Shown piece by piece: positions 28,907 through 38,227 of a DNA stretch of 64,000 nucleotides. Numbering within the stretch: position 1 is the stretch's first letter; each line of letters begins with the position of its first letter. A program made the position numbers and the translations under genes. A model generated the notes under the pieces. It had not been told where the DNA came from, ran no database searches, and saw only the letters and a list, made by a program, of their open reading frames with translations. Location of the stretch: the NCBI GenBank assembly GCA_020428315.1, contig JAGQNA010000003.1, positions 155 to 64,154 on the forward strand, in the 5' to 3' direction. This stretch comes from Candidatus Saccharimonadota bacterium (GTDB taxonomy: Bacteria; Patescibacteriota; Saccharimonadia; Saccharimonadales; Saccharimonadaceae).

Positions 28907-29212
28907 ATGAATACAATCGAAATAATATATATAGTTGGCGTAATGGTAGCCATATGTGCTGGGCTACCCCAGATAATTCAACTAGTGAAGTCTAAAGCAT
29001 CAGACGAGTTTAGCGTACCTACTTGGGGAATGTGGCTTGTAACTCAATGTTCATCATTGGTATATGCGATTAGCATAAGTAATGCTATATTAGTCGGTGT
29101 AAATTTAGCATGGATGAGTTTTTACCTGATAATGATTAGTTTAATCTTATGGTACAGACGAAGGCCGGCCTACGAGTTAGTTGTATTAGACGAACAAGAG
29201 ACTCAATCTTAA
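28907..29212 (+). CDS. SemiSWEET / PQ-loop family transporter (3 TM)
   Basis: 101 aa, three TM helices, PQ motif in TM1 (AGLPQIIQLVKSK). Confidence 0.7.
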   Translation: MNTIEIIYIVGVMVAICAGLPQIIQLVKSKASDEFSVPTWGMWLVTQCSSLVYAISISNAILVGVNLAWMSFYLIMISLILWYRRRPAYELVVLDEQETQS

Positions 29213-29245
29213 CAGTGTAATGACTAAGGTATTCAATATAAAAAG

Positions 29246-29254
29246 TGTTACAAT
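29246..29254 (+). promoter_or_regulatory. Extended -10 TGtTACAAT, 11 nt upstream of ftsK ATG 29266
   Basis: aagTGTTACAATataaagtaattATG. Confidence 0.45.
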
Positions 29255-29265
29255 ATAAAGTAATT

Positions 29266-31503
29266 ATGGCTAAGCGAAAAACAAGACGAGTTACAGCTAA
29301 AAAGCGTTCTAAAAAAAATTCTGCCCCTGAACACGTTTTACCAGTAGGTTTTTGGCAGCAGGCTAGTGCAGTTGGATTGATTGCATTGTCTATTCTGATG
29401 ATTGTTGCGTGGTTTGGTGTCGGCGGCCCTGTGCTGGAGTGGCTACAAAATGCTTTTATGGCATCTATAGGGTTTGGTACTTACATTGTTCCGGTAGTCG
29501 CCGTTTATGTGGCAGTTGAGATATTTAGATCAGAAGATAATCGTCTACCGTTTGTTATGAAATTTGCAAGCTTTCTAGTAATTGCTTGGGTTAGTGGGTT
29601 ATTCGGCTTGATAGAGAAGGACGATAAAACATCTTACGGTGGATTCGTCGGTGATACCATAAATAGCGGCATACTCTCTCTTGTAGATAAAGGGGTTGCA
29701 ATATTTTTATATAGTCTACTCATTATTATTACAGTTTTATTTATATTACGAGTGTCACCAATGGCGATAATAGAAAAGATCAAAGATTTACTTGCTACTG
29801 CTGAGCGTGAAGAACAAGAGAGTAATAGCAATATTATGAAAAAGGCTACAAAGGCTTCAAAATCCACTGATATTGGTGAATTGAAATTGAATGCTGGCGT
29901 ACCGATGATGCAAGCTGAAGAAGAACCAAAAAAGCTACATTTATCTAGTCTAAAAAACAGCGTAGTTCAAGATAAGCAGGCCGAGGAAAAATCTGCGCTT
30001 GTAGCTATCAGTGATCCAAACTGGAAAGCCCCTAGTCTTGATCTGTTAGAGAAGAAACAAAAGCCAGCAGACCCTGGTGACGTACAACATAATGCACAGG
30101 CGATAAAAGATACACTGCATGAGTTTAACATTGATGTCGAAATGGAAGGTGCGAATATTGGGCCAAAAGTTACGCAGTATACGTTAAAGCCACCAGCTGG
30201 CGTGAAGTTAACAAAAATATCTCAACTTGAAACAAATATTGCCTTAAACCTTGCTGCTCAAAGTCTTCGTATTGAGGCTCCAATACCAGGTAAGCGAGCA
30301 GTTGGCATAGAGGTTCCAAATAGAAAAGCTGCTGACGTAAGACTGCGCGGCATACTTGAGGATAAGGTTTGGCGTAATTCGGGTGAACCTCTCAGTTTTG
30401 CAATAGGCCGTGATATTTCTGGAATGTCAGAAATTGGCAAGTTAAATAAAATGCCACACTTGCTGATTGCTGGTCAGACTGGATCAGGTAAATCTGTAAT
30501 GATAAACACTTTACTTTCAAGCTTGCTGTACAGAAATAGCCCAAGCGAAATGAAGCTGATTTTAGTTGATCCAAAACAAGTTGAGATGAAGCCATATGAC
30601 GATATCCCTCATTTATTAACACCAATAATTACAGAACCTGAAAAAACAATCAGTGCTCTTAAATGGGCTGTTAATGAGATGGAACGACGATATAAGCTAT
30701 TGGCCGAAGAGCGAGTACGGGAGATTAGTTCTTACAATAAGAAGATTAATCAAAAAGGGCATAAAATTTCAGTTAAGGATGAAGATGGTAATATACAGCA
30801 GCATGAGGAAGGGACCATGCCCTACATAGTTATCATTATAGATGAGTTAGCGGATTTGATGATGGTTGCAGCTCGAGACGTAGAAGCATTAATAGTACGA
30901 CTAGCTCAGAAAGCACGAGCTGTAGGCATTCATCTAGTACTTGCAACTCAGCGCCCGAGTGTAAATGTTATTACTGGGCTCATAAAGGCTAATGTTCCTG
31001 CAAGAATTGCTTTTACAGTAGCGTCGCAAATCGATTCGCGGACAATTCTAGATCAAATAGGTGCTGAAAAGTTACTTGGACAAGGTGATATGTTGTTAAA
31101 AACTGCTGATATGAGTAAGCCAAAGCGTGTTCAAGGTGCTTGGGTAATGGACGAAGAGGTCATAAAGATTACAGATTATTTACGTGAACAGTCAGAGCCA
31201 CAATACAATGAAGAGATTGTGAGCCAGCCTGTGCAGATAAATAGCAAGGGCGGCATGGTGATGGATATGGATAGTGGAGGCAGCGATGATTCCATGTACA
31301 ATGATGCCGTACGAGTAGTTATTGAAGGCGGAAAAGCTAGTACTAGCTATCTGCAGCGCCGGTTACGAATTGGCTATTCTCGAGCAGCACGTCTGATTGA
31401 GGAGATGGAAGAGAATAGTGTCATCGGCCCTGCGGATGGTAATCGTCCACGAACTATTCTAATAAGTTCAGTTGACGAATTGTCCAATGGCGAAGAGGAC
31501 TAG
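29266..31503 (+). CDS. ftsK: DNA translocase FtsK (start taken at ATG 29266; track ORF starts at GTG 29245 inside the -10 box)
   Basis: N-terminal TM helices, linker, Walker A AGQTGSGKSV, C-terminal gamma winged-helix (YLQRRLRIGYSRAARLIEEME). Confidence 0.93.
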   Translation: MAKRKTRRVTAKKRSKKNSAPEHVLPVGFWQQASAVGLIALSILMIVAWFGVGGPVLEWLQNAFMASIGFGTYIVPVVAVYVAVEIFRSEDNRLPFVMKFASFLVIAWVSGLFGLIEKDDKTSYGGFVGDTINSGILSLVDKGVAIFLYSLLIIITVLFILRVSPMAIIEKIKDLLATAEREEQESNSNIMKKATKASKSTDIGELKLNAGVPMMQAEEEPKKLHLSSLKNSVVQDKQAEEKSALVAISDPNWKAPSLDLLEKKQKPADPGDVQHNAQAIKDTLHEFNIDVEMEGANIGPKVTQYTLKPPAGVKLTKISQLETNIALNLAAQSLRIEAPIPGKRAVGIEVPNRKAADVRLRGILEDKVWRNSGEPLSFAIGRDISGMSEIGKLNKMPHLLIAGQTGSGKSVMINTLLSSLLYRNSPSEMKLILVDPKQVEMKPYDDIPHLLTPIITEPEKTISALKWAVNEMERRYKLLAEERVREISSYNKKINQKGHKISVKDEDGNIQQHEEGTMPYIVIIIDELADLMMVAARDVEALIVRLAQKARAVGIHLVLATQRPSVNVITGLIKANVPARIAFTVASQIDSRTILDQIGAEKLLGQGDMLLKTADMSKPKRVQGAWVMDEEVIKITDYLREQSEPQYNEEIVSQPVQINSKGGMVMDMDSGGSDDSMYNDAVRVVIEGGKASTSYLQRRLRIGYSRAARLIEEMEENSVIGPADGNRPRTILISSVDELSNGEED

Positions 31504-31598
31504 GGTTCATAGTCAAATAGTGTGAGTTTTGATGCAAAAAATATTTTTTGGGTCTTATCAGCAACGAGAAGCTGTGCCAATTTCTGTTAGATAATGTA

Positions 31599-31627
31599 TA
31601 GACTAGGGCGGTGGTGAGTGGTATAAT
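31599..31627 (+). promoter_or_regulatory. Promoter TAGACT-17-TGgTATAAT of the rpsF-ssb-rpsR operon
   Basis: TAGACT 31599-31604; TATAAT 31622-31627 with TG at 31619-31620. Confidence 0.6.
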
Positions 31628-31646
31628 ATGAAAGTTATAAACCTAA

Positions 31647-31682
31647 GCTTATGTGAAATAGCATAAGCATCCGTGTACGGAT
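31647..31682 (+). promoter_or_regulatory. Two adjacent perfect hairpins in the rpsF 5' UTR (candidate S6:S18 autoregulatory leader)
   Basis: GCTTATG-8 nt-CATAAGC (31647-31668), then ATCCG-TGTA-CGGAT (31669-31682), then SD GGAGG 31689-31693. Confidence 0.4.
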
Positions 31683-31700
31683 TCCAGAGGAGGAAATTCT

Positions 31701-32042
31701 ATGCAAGAGTATGAACTAACAGTTCTTATTCATCCAGATTTGGAGACAGATTTGGAAAAGCCGCTAACAGTTCTACGTGACATCGTAGCGTCAAATGGTG
31801 GAAAAATTAAATCAGAAGATAGTTGGGGGAAGAAGAAGCTTGCTTATAAAATTGCAAAGCAGAATTTTGCAGTTTACGTTGCTTTAGCTGTTGAATTACC
31901 CGCTACTGCACCTCAAAAAATATCGAACATTTTAAATATTACTGATGGAGTTCTGCGATACCTATTAGTCAAAATTGACGATAAGGAAAAAGCAAAGCTT
32001 GAAGCGTCAAAGCACGCTAGCAATGACCAAAGCGAGGAGTAG
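31701..32042 (+). CDS. rpsF: 30S ribosomal protein S6
   Basis: MQEYELTVLIHPDLE...WGKKKLAYKI; operon context. Confidence 0.93.
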   Translation: MQEYELTVLIHPDLETDLEKPLTVLRDIVASNGGKIKSEDSWGKKKLAYKIAKQNFAVYVALAVELPATAPQKISNILNITDGVLRYLLVKIDDKEKAKLEASKHASNDQSEE

Positions 32043-32044
32043 AG

Positions 32045-32482
32045 ATGGCAAAGAGTATAAATCAGGTAATACTTATGGGTCGATTGACCCGAGATCCAGA
32101 AGCACGTACGACAACAAGTGGCAAAACAGTAGTTAGTTTTTCACTTGCAGTTGATCGTGCCGGCCAGGATGGGCAAGCAGACTTTTTTGATATAACTGCA
32201 TGGGAAAAATTGGGTGATTTAGTCAGCCAATATCTAACGAAAGGTCGTCGTTGTTTAGTTCAGGGTAGGCTTCGGCAAGATAGTTGGGACGATAAGGAAA
32301 CTGGCAAAAAGCGCAGTCGTATTGAAGTCACTGCTACAGATGTGACCTTTTTAGACGGTCCGAGCGGTGATACTAGTAGCAGTTCAAACAATAAAGCTAC
32401 GGCTCAAGATGCGCCAAAAAAGGATACAGTGCCAACAGATATTGATGATTCGCCAATTGATTTGAGCGAGATACCATTTTAA
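32045..32482 (+). CDS. ssb: Single-stranded DNA-binding protein
   Basis: OB-fold N-terminus NQVILMGRLTRDPE, Ser-rich linker, acidic tip DLSEIPF. Confidence 0.93.
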   Translation: MAKSINQVILMGRLTRDPEARTTTSGKTVVSFSLAVDRAGQDGQADFFDITAWEKLGDLVSQYLTKGRRCLVQGRLRQDSWDDKETGKKRSRIEVTATDVTFLDGPSGDTSSSSNNKATAQDAPKKDTVPTDIDDSPIDLSEIPF

Positions 32483-32503
32483 GATAGCTAGGAGAAAAAT
32501 TAT

Positions 32504-32704
32504 ATGGCAAAAAAATTTAAGAAAGCAGTAGTTACATATTTTGACTACAGAGATGCAAAAACATTAAGTCGTTACATCAATATGTATGGTCAAATCGATC
32601 CGGTTTCAAAGACAGGCTTAAGTGATAAGCAACAAAGACAGCTTGCTGTAGCTATCAAGCGTGCTAGACACCTTGCCTTACTGCCGTTTGTTGCAAAAGG
32701 GTAG
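32504..32704 (+). CDS. rpsR: 30S ribosomal protein S18
   Basis: [14 protein letters not shown]...[19 protein letters not shown]. Confidence 0.9.
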   Translation: MAKKFKKAVVTYFDYRDAKTLSRYINMYGQIDPVSKTGLSDKQQRQLAVAIKRARHLALLPFVAKG

Positions 32705-32706
32705 CC

Positions 32707-33966
32707 TTGCTTATGAGGCTATGGGAGAAAACATATAGCCAAACAGAAGCTTTATTGTCTCAATACGGATCACCTCTTTATGTGTATGAAAAAGGACAGA
32801 TTATAACCCAAGTAAAGCTTTTTGATAGTAATCTTGGAGTTGTGGTTGGTAAAGGTGTGAAGAACTATTTTGCTGTTAAGGCATTACCAAATCCACACAT
32901 ATTATCAATTTTATATCAGGCTGGAATGGGGTTTGATTGCAGTAGCTTACCGGAAGTTCATCTAGCGCATAAAGCTGGAGCTTCAGGTGAAGACATTATT
33001 TATACCTCAAACAACACTACTATTGAGGAACTCACGGAAGCTAGTGCGGATGGAGCAATGATCAATTTTGATGATTTGAGCCTGGTTCAAAAATTTATAG
33101 ATTGTAATCATCAGCCATTACCAATTGCTTTTTGTAGGTATAACCCAGGTGATATTGAATTTGTTGGACTAAACCAATCAATAATCGGTAAGCCTAGTGA
33201 AGCAAAATATGGTATGCCTAAAGATCAAATTATGAAAGCCTACAAGTTACTAAAAGATAGTGGGGTTAGACGATTTGGGTTGCACACTATGTTACTGAGT
33301 AATGAATTAGACTACAAAAACCACTTACGGATAGCAAGGCTATTGTTTGAATTGGCAATTGAAATTGCCGACAAGCTTAATATTAAGTTTGAGAAGATTA
33401 ATCTTGGGGGTGGATTTGGGTTGGCCTATTCTCCTGACCAGCATGATTTTGATATACGCACTTATGGCAAAGAACTCTCGAAACTGTATAAGCAATTGGA
33501 TATGCAACGAGCTGGGTCGCCACAAATAATTACTGAAAATGGTCGCTGGGTTACAGGCGATAGTGGATACTTGATTACGAAAGTAATAAACCAAAAAAAT
33601 ACACACCGAAAGTACATTGGAGTTGATGCTACAATGGCAAATCTAATGAGGCCTGGCATGTATGGTGCGTACCATCACATAAGCTTATTAAGTGGGCGTA
33701 CTGATTTTGATTTAAACAAAGTTGAGACTGTTGATGTAGTAGGTAGTCTTTGTGAAAATAATGATAAGTTTGCAGTTCAGCGTGAACTGCCAGTTACTAA
33801 AGAAGGTGACATTATCATCATTCATTCAGCGGGTGCGCATGGCCATGCAATGGGCTTTCAGTATAATGGAAAGTTACGGTCTGCTGAGGTATTATTGAGC
33901 GACTCATCATCTGAATTGATACGTCGTGCCGAAACTGAAGTAGATTATTTTGCAACACTTGTGTAA
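32707..33966 (+). CDS. lysA: Type III PLP-dependent decarboxylase, diaminopimelate decarboxylase-like
   Basis: YFAVKALPNP (PLP Lys), INLGGGFGLAY, GSLCENNDKF; substrate not determinable from sequence. Confidence 0.65.
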   Translation: MLMRLWEKTYSQTEALLSQYGSPLYVYEKGQIITQVKLFDSNLGVVVGKGVKNYFAVKALPNPHILSILYQAGMGFDCSSLPEVHLAHKAGASGEDIIYTSNNTTIEELTEASADGAMINFDDLSLVQKFIDCNHQPLPIAFCRYNPGDIEFVGLNQSIIGKPSEAKYGMPKDQIMKAYKLLKDSGVRRFGLHTMLLSNELDYKNHLRIARLLFELAIEIADKLNIKFEKINLGGGFGLAYSPDQHDFDIRTYGKELSKLYKQLDMQRAGSPQIITENGRWVTGDSGYLITKVINQKNTHRKYIGVDATMANLMRPGMYGAYHHISLLSGRTDFDLNKVETVDVVGSLCENNDKFAVQRELPVTKEGDIIIIHSAGAHGHAMGFQYNGKLRSAEVLLSDSSSELIRRAETEVDYFATLV

Positions 33967-33988
33967 ATTTTAAAGAAAGGAAAATGCA

Positions 33989-34549
33989 ATGTATCAGCCT
34001 ACAGATTTAAAGAAAGGAACAATTTGTCAGATAGAAGGTGTTCCGTATCGTGTCACTGAATATGGGCAAAAAGTTATGGGCCGCGGCGGCTCAATCGTTA
34101 ATGTAAAACTTAAAAATCTAATTGATGGTAATGTCATCCCGAAAACATTTAAGGGTGCTGACAAGATTGAACATGCAGAAGTAAGTAGTAAAACTGTACA
34201 ATATTTGTATTCAGATGGTGATAGCTATCACTTTATGGACCCGGAGAGCTTTGAGCAATTCGAGCTACTAGCAGATGTTGTCGATAGTGCTAAGGATTAT
34301 CTTAAGGAAGGTGACACACTGCAACTTCAGTTTTTCGATGATAAGGTGATAAATGTAGAGCTGCCAAAAAATCTATTTCTAGAAGTGACTTATGCTGAAG
34401 ATGTAGTCAAGGGAGACACAAGCGGAGCAGTACAGAAGGATGCAACTCTTGAAACAGGACTAAATATAAAAGTTCCTGCATTTATAAAGGTCGGTGACGT
34501 AGTGAGCGTTGATACTACAAATGGTACTTACCGCGAACGAAAGAAATAG
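33989..34549 (+). CDS. efp: Elongation factor P (Arg at the loop tip)
   Basis: Collinear with EF-P; tip loop reads KVMGRGGS where Lys-type EF-P has KPGKGAA. Confidence 0.93.
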   Translation: MYQPTDLKKGTICQIEGVPYRVTEYGQKVMGRGGSIVNVKLKNLIDGNVIPKTFKGADKIEHAEVSSKTVQYLYSDGDSYHFMDPESFEQFELLADVVDSAKDYLKEGDTLQLQFFDDKVINVELPKNLFLEVTYAEDVVKGDTSGAVQKDATLETGLNIKVPAFIKVGDVVSVDTTNGTYRERKK

Positions 34550-34552
34550 GCT

Positions 34553-35275
34553 ATGGGTAGCCGTATTCGGTTAGATCAATGTATGGCGATTCGCGGTTTG
34601 TCACAGAGTCGTAGTCAGGCAGGTAACTTGATACGACTCGGTAAAGTGCTAGTCGATGGGAGAATAGTTCAGAGGCCCAGCTATTTAGTGTCAATGGAGC
34701 AAGTCGTAGACTTTGTAGACAGAAAAAAGTATGTTAGTCGTGCCGGTCTGAAGCTGGCCAGTGTCGTTCAGAGTCTGGATATCGATTTTATAGATAAAAC
34801 TGTGCTTGATGTAGGCAGTAGTACGGGTGGGTTTACAGACTATGCGTTACAGCATGGAGCAAAAAAAGTGATTGCTGTAGACGTAGGTACAGATCAGTTA
34901 CATCCGAGTTTGCGCAGCGATTCTAGGATTGAACTTCATGAAAAAACTGATATTCGACACTTTAAGCCCGACGATGTGATAGATACTGTAGTCATCGATG
35001 TTAGCTTTATAAGCTTGAGAGATATCCTACCTTACATTAAACAGATAGCTAGTAAAACTACGAATGTAATTGCAATGGTAAAACCACAATTTGAAGCAGG
35101 TAAGCATCAAGTGAGCAAAGGTGTAATAAAAAACGACGCCATACGACGCCAAATTTTAAAGGATTTCGAGGCGTGGGTGAAGGAATATTTTATAATTACC
35201 AACAAAGCTGACAGTAAGGTAGCTGGTGCAAAAGGCAACCGAGAACGGTTCTACTTGTTGCAGCCCATAGTTTGA
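34553..35275 (+). CDS. tlyA: TlyA-family rRNA 2'-O-methyltransferase (S4 + FtsJ-like domains)
   Basis: S4-like RLDQCMAIRGLSQSRSQAGNLIRLGKVLVDG; SAM motif VLDVGSSTGGFTD. Confidence 0.85.
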   Translation: MGSRIRLDQCMAIRGLSQSRSQAGNLIRLGKVLVDGRIVQRPSYLVSMEQVVDFVDRKKYVSRAGLKLASVVQSLDIDFIDKTVLDVGSSTGGFTDYALQHGAKKVIAVDVGTDQLHPSLRSDSRIELHEKTDIRHFKPDDVIDTVVIDVSFISLRDILPYIKQIASKTTNVIAMVKPQFEAGKHQVSKGVIKNDAIRRQILKDFEAWVKEYFIITNKADSKVAGAKGNRERFYLLQPIV

Positions 35276-35281
35276 TATACT
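35273..35281 (+). promoter_or_regulatory. Extended -10 TGaTATACT, 12 nt upstream of ATG 35294
   Basis: ttTGATATACTagattgcagaatATG; overlaps tlyA stop. Confidence 0.4.
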
Positions 35282-35284
35282 AGA

Positions 35285-36976
35285 TTGCAGAATATGAAGG
35301 GTTGGTGGCGAAAACACGTACTAGTACGAAAAATAGCTATTGCCTGCGGTGGGTTGTATGTGTTGGTAATTGGCTTTCAGCTGGCCTATCCTAGCGATTT
35401 AGCACTACCATTTGCAGAAATTGACAATAAGTCAGTTGGCATGATGCGTAAAGATGAGATTGCAAAACAAGTACAGGATGATTATGGTGACACTAAAATC
35501 GTAACTACTATTCACAACAAAACAACTGCGACACCTTTGCAGGAAACGGGATTGAAGATAGATACCAAAAAAATCAACAGTCAACTAACTGACTATCCTT
35601 GGTATTGGCGTATTATACCGTTCAGCAGCGTTATTATAGGTGTAGGCAGAAACGTACACGTGGCACATTATGCTGATCAAAAAGAATTTATAGTGTATGC
35701 GAGTGAACGAGGTAAAGAATGTTCAATTACGCCAAAAGATGCAGGAGTGGTAGTTAAAAATGGCAAAGTTCAGTTAGATAAAGCAGTGCATGGCAGTGAG
35801 TGCAAAAGTAGCGATCTTGCAAAGCAGCTTACGGCTGTACCGTTGAATAAGAATAAAACGGAAGTTAAGATCGTGCCAGCAACAGTGCAGCCAAAGCGTC
35901 TAGATAAGGACGTGCAGAATGTGCTAGGAGAAGCTAGAAAAATCACAGCACATAAAGTTACACTCGATGCTGTGGGTAAAACGTACAAAGTAGATAAAGC
36001 AATGTTAGTATCGTGGTTGTCATTCCCCGAAGACCCAAAAACCAAGAAACTTACAGTTGCAACTTCACCCGATGCTATAAAAGCATATTTGGCGACTGTA
36101 CAGAAAGAGGTACAAATAAAACCGGGTGTAACAACAATTACTACACGTGATGGTATAGAGGTTTCACGAGTAAATGGTGCTTCTGGACGCGGTATAGATG
36201 AAACGGCTACTGCCAAAGCTATTGCCAAACAGGTAGCTACCGGTAGTGGAACGGTGAAAGCAGCAATTGCACCGTTGCCGCCAACTTTGCACTACATTCG
36301 TTCGTATAGCAAAACACCGGAAGGGTTGCAGGCGTTACTCGATGATATTGTCAAAGGAAAAGATATGGCAATTTCAGTGCGGCGGCTTGGCGATGCAGGT
36401 GTAAGTGCCAATGGAAATAAGCGGTATCACCCAGCTAGTACGTACAAGCTATTGGTGGCGTATTCGGTACTAAAACGAATTGATGCTGGTCGATTGAGCT
36501 GGGGGAAAACGGCGAGTGGCGGGCAAACAGTAGCGCAGTGTTTTGACAAGATGATCGTCTCGTCGGATAACCCGTGCGCGGAATGGTTTGGCGGTACAGC
36601 AATCGGGTGGGGAGCGGTGCACAACGAAGCCCGAGCACTGGGACTGAACAATACAGTACTAAACAGTGCATTTGTTTCAACTGCTAACGATCAAGCACTC
36701 TTTTTACAAAAATTAGAATCGAACCAGCTAGGGCTAAGGGAAGAGTCGCGGGCAAAGCTAATAAATGCTATGAAACGACAGGTATTTCGTAAAGGAATTC
36801 CTGCTGGTGTAAGCGCACCAGTCGCCGACAAAGTTGGCTTTTTAGATGGCCTATTACACGATAGTGCGATTGTATATGCACCAAGCGGGGTGTATGTAAT
36901 CGTTATTTACAGTAATGGCAGTAGCTGGGGGGCAATTGCTGACGCCGCAAGACAAGTTCAAACACAGATACAATAG
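35285..36976 (+). CDS. Membrane-anchored serine hydrolase: large N-terminal ectodomain + class A beta-lactamase/PBP-like domain (start may be ATG 35294)
   Basis: SxxK (ASTYK), SDN (VSSDNP), KxG (DKVGF) motifs in the C-terminal ~230 aa; TM helix near N-terminus. Confidence 0.65.
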   Translation: MQNMKGWWRKHVLVRKIAIACGGLYVLVIGFQLAYPSDLALPFAEIDNKSVGMMRKDEIAKQVQDDYGDTKIVTTIHNKTTATPLQETGLKIDTKKINSQLTDYPWYWRIIPFSSVIIGVGRNVHVAHYADQKEFIVYASERGKECSITPKDAGVVVKNGKVQLDKAVHGSECKSSDLAKQLTAVPLNKNKTEVKIVPATVQPKRLDKDVQNVLGEARKITAHKVTLDAVGKTYKVDKAMLVSWLSFPEDPKTKKLTVATSPDAIKAYLATVQKEVQIKPGVTTITTRDGIEVSRVNGASGRGIDETATAKAIAKQVATGSGTVKAAIAPLPPTLHYIRSYSKTPEGLQALLDDIVKGKDMAISVRRLGDAGVSANGNKRYHPASTYKLLVAYSVLKRIDAGRLSWGKTASGGQTVAQCFDKMIVSSDNPCAEWFGGTAIGWGAVHNEARALGLNNTVLNSAFVSTANDQALFLQKLESNQLGLREESRAKLINAMKRQVFRKGIPAGVSAPVADKVGFLDGLLHDSAIVYAPSGVYVIVIYSNGSSWGAIADAARQVQTQIQ

Positions 36977-37015
36977 CATCTTAATTTGTGTTTCGTGCTT
37001 ATCACGTTTTAGTAT

Positions 37016-38098
37016 TTATTTACTAACGTTAAATCTGAATTCTACTACATCATTTGCCTGCATGACATAATCTTTACCTTCGGTACGAATCTTGCCAGCA
37101 TTTTTGGCAGCCTGTTCACTGCCTGCGGACACTAGGTCTTCGTAGGATACTATTTGGGCGGCGATGAAGCCTCTTTCAAAGTCAGTGTGGATGACGCCAG
37201 CTGCTTGAGGCGCAGTTGCACCTTTTTTAATTGTCCAGGCTCGAACTTCCTTGGGGCCAGCGGTCAAATAGCTCTGCAGTCCTAGTGTATCGTATGAAAC
37301 ATGAATCATTTGCTCGAGGCCAGTTTCTTTAACCCCGTAACTTTCTAGTAGCTCATGGGCGTCGTTGGAGTCAAGTCCTTTGAGTTCTTCCTCGAGTTTG
37401 GCGCAGACGAATAGGCACCTAGCTGGAGCTACTAGTTCAGATAGTTTATTTTGTTTTTCATTGTTAGTCAGGGTATCTTCATCGACATTAAATGCGTAGA
37501 TTATGGGTTTAGCTGTTAGCAGGTGAAGGTCGTCGATTGATTCGACATTAAGATTAGGTATAGAAGATAGAGGTATACCAGTTTTAAGTTGTTCAACTAA
37601 ACTCTCTAGATAATTTAATTGTTCACGAATAGCTGGTTTTGACTTAGACTCCTTTTGTAACTTAGGTAGTCTTTGTTGAATCGTTTGCATGTCTGCCAGA
37701 ATTAGCTCAGTGTTGATAGTTTCAATATCGGAAGCAGGATTAACTTCACTGTCATCGTGACGTAGAATCTCACCATTATGAAATGTACGAACTATGTGTA
37801 GTATGGCGTTACATTGTCTAATGTTTGCTAGAAATTTATTACCTAAGCCTTCACCCTTTGAAGCACCCGCTACAAGACCAGCGATATCAACAAATGTGAC
37901 AGAGGCAGGTAATTGTTTGTCTGATCCGTAAATTTCAGCCAGTTTTTGTAATCGTTCGTCTGGTACAGGGACTATACCGGTGTTTGGTTCGATCGTTGCA
38001 AAGGGGTAGTTGGCTGCTAGGATATCATTATTTGTTAACGCATTAAAAAGCGTCGACTTGCCGACGTTTGGAAGACCTACGATACCAACACTTACCAT
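37016..38098 (-). CDS. ychF: Ribosome-binding ATPase YchF
   Basis: [19 protein letters not shown]-loop, C-terminal TGS-like domain, 360 aa. Confidence 0.95.
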   Translation of the reverse strand: MVSVGIVGLPNVGKSTLFNALTNNDILAANYPFATIEPNTGIVPVPDERLQKLAEIYGSDKQLPASVTFVDIAGLVAGASKGEGLGNKFLANIRQCNAILHIVRTFHNGEILRHDDSEVNPASDIETINTELILADMQTIQQRLPKLQKESKSKPAIREQLNYLESLVEQLKTGIPLSSIPNLNVESIDDLHLLTAKPIIYAFNVDEDTLTNNEKQNKLSELVAPARCLFVCAKLEEELKGLDSNDAHELLESYGVKETGLEQMIHVSYDTLGLQSYLTAGPKEVRAWTIKKGATAPQAAGVIHTDFERGFIAAQIVSYEDLVSAGSEQAAKNAGKIRTEGKDYVMQANDVVEFRFNVSK

Positions 38099-38227
38099 AC
38101 TATAAGGTTAACAGATTTTACAGATTAAAAAAATATAGAAGTTGATAAAACGCTTGTGCATAATCAATATAAATGCTAAAGTAATTTGAGAATAATAATT
38201 ATTAACTGTAGACAGGAGTCTAGATAG

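Noticed and set aside
29245-29265. GTG 29245 as the ftsK start
   Set aside because: This GTG is part of the TGtTACAAT -10 box. ATG 29266 gives the typical basic FtsK N-terminus (MAKRKTRR...).
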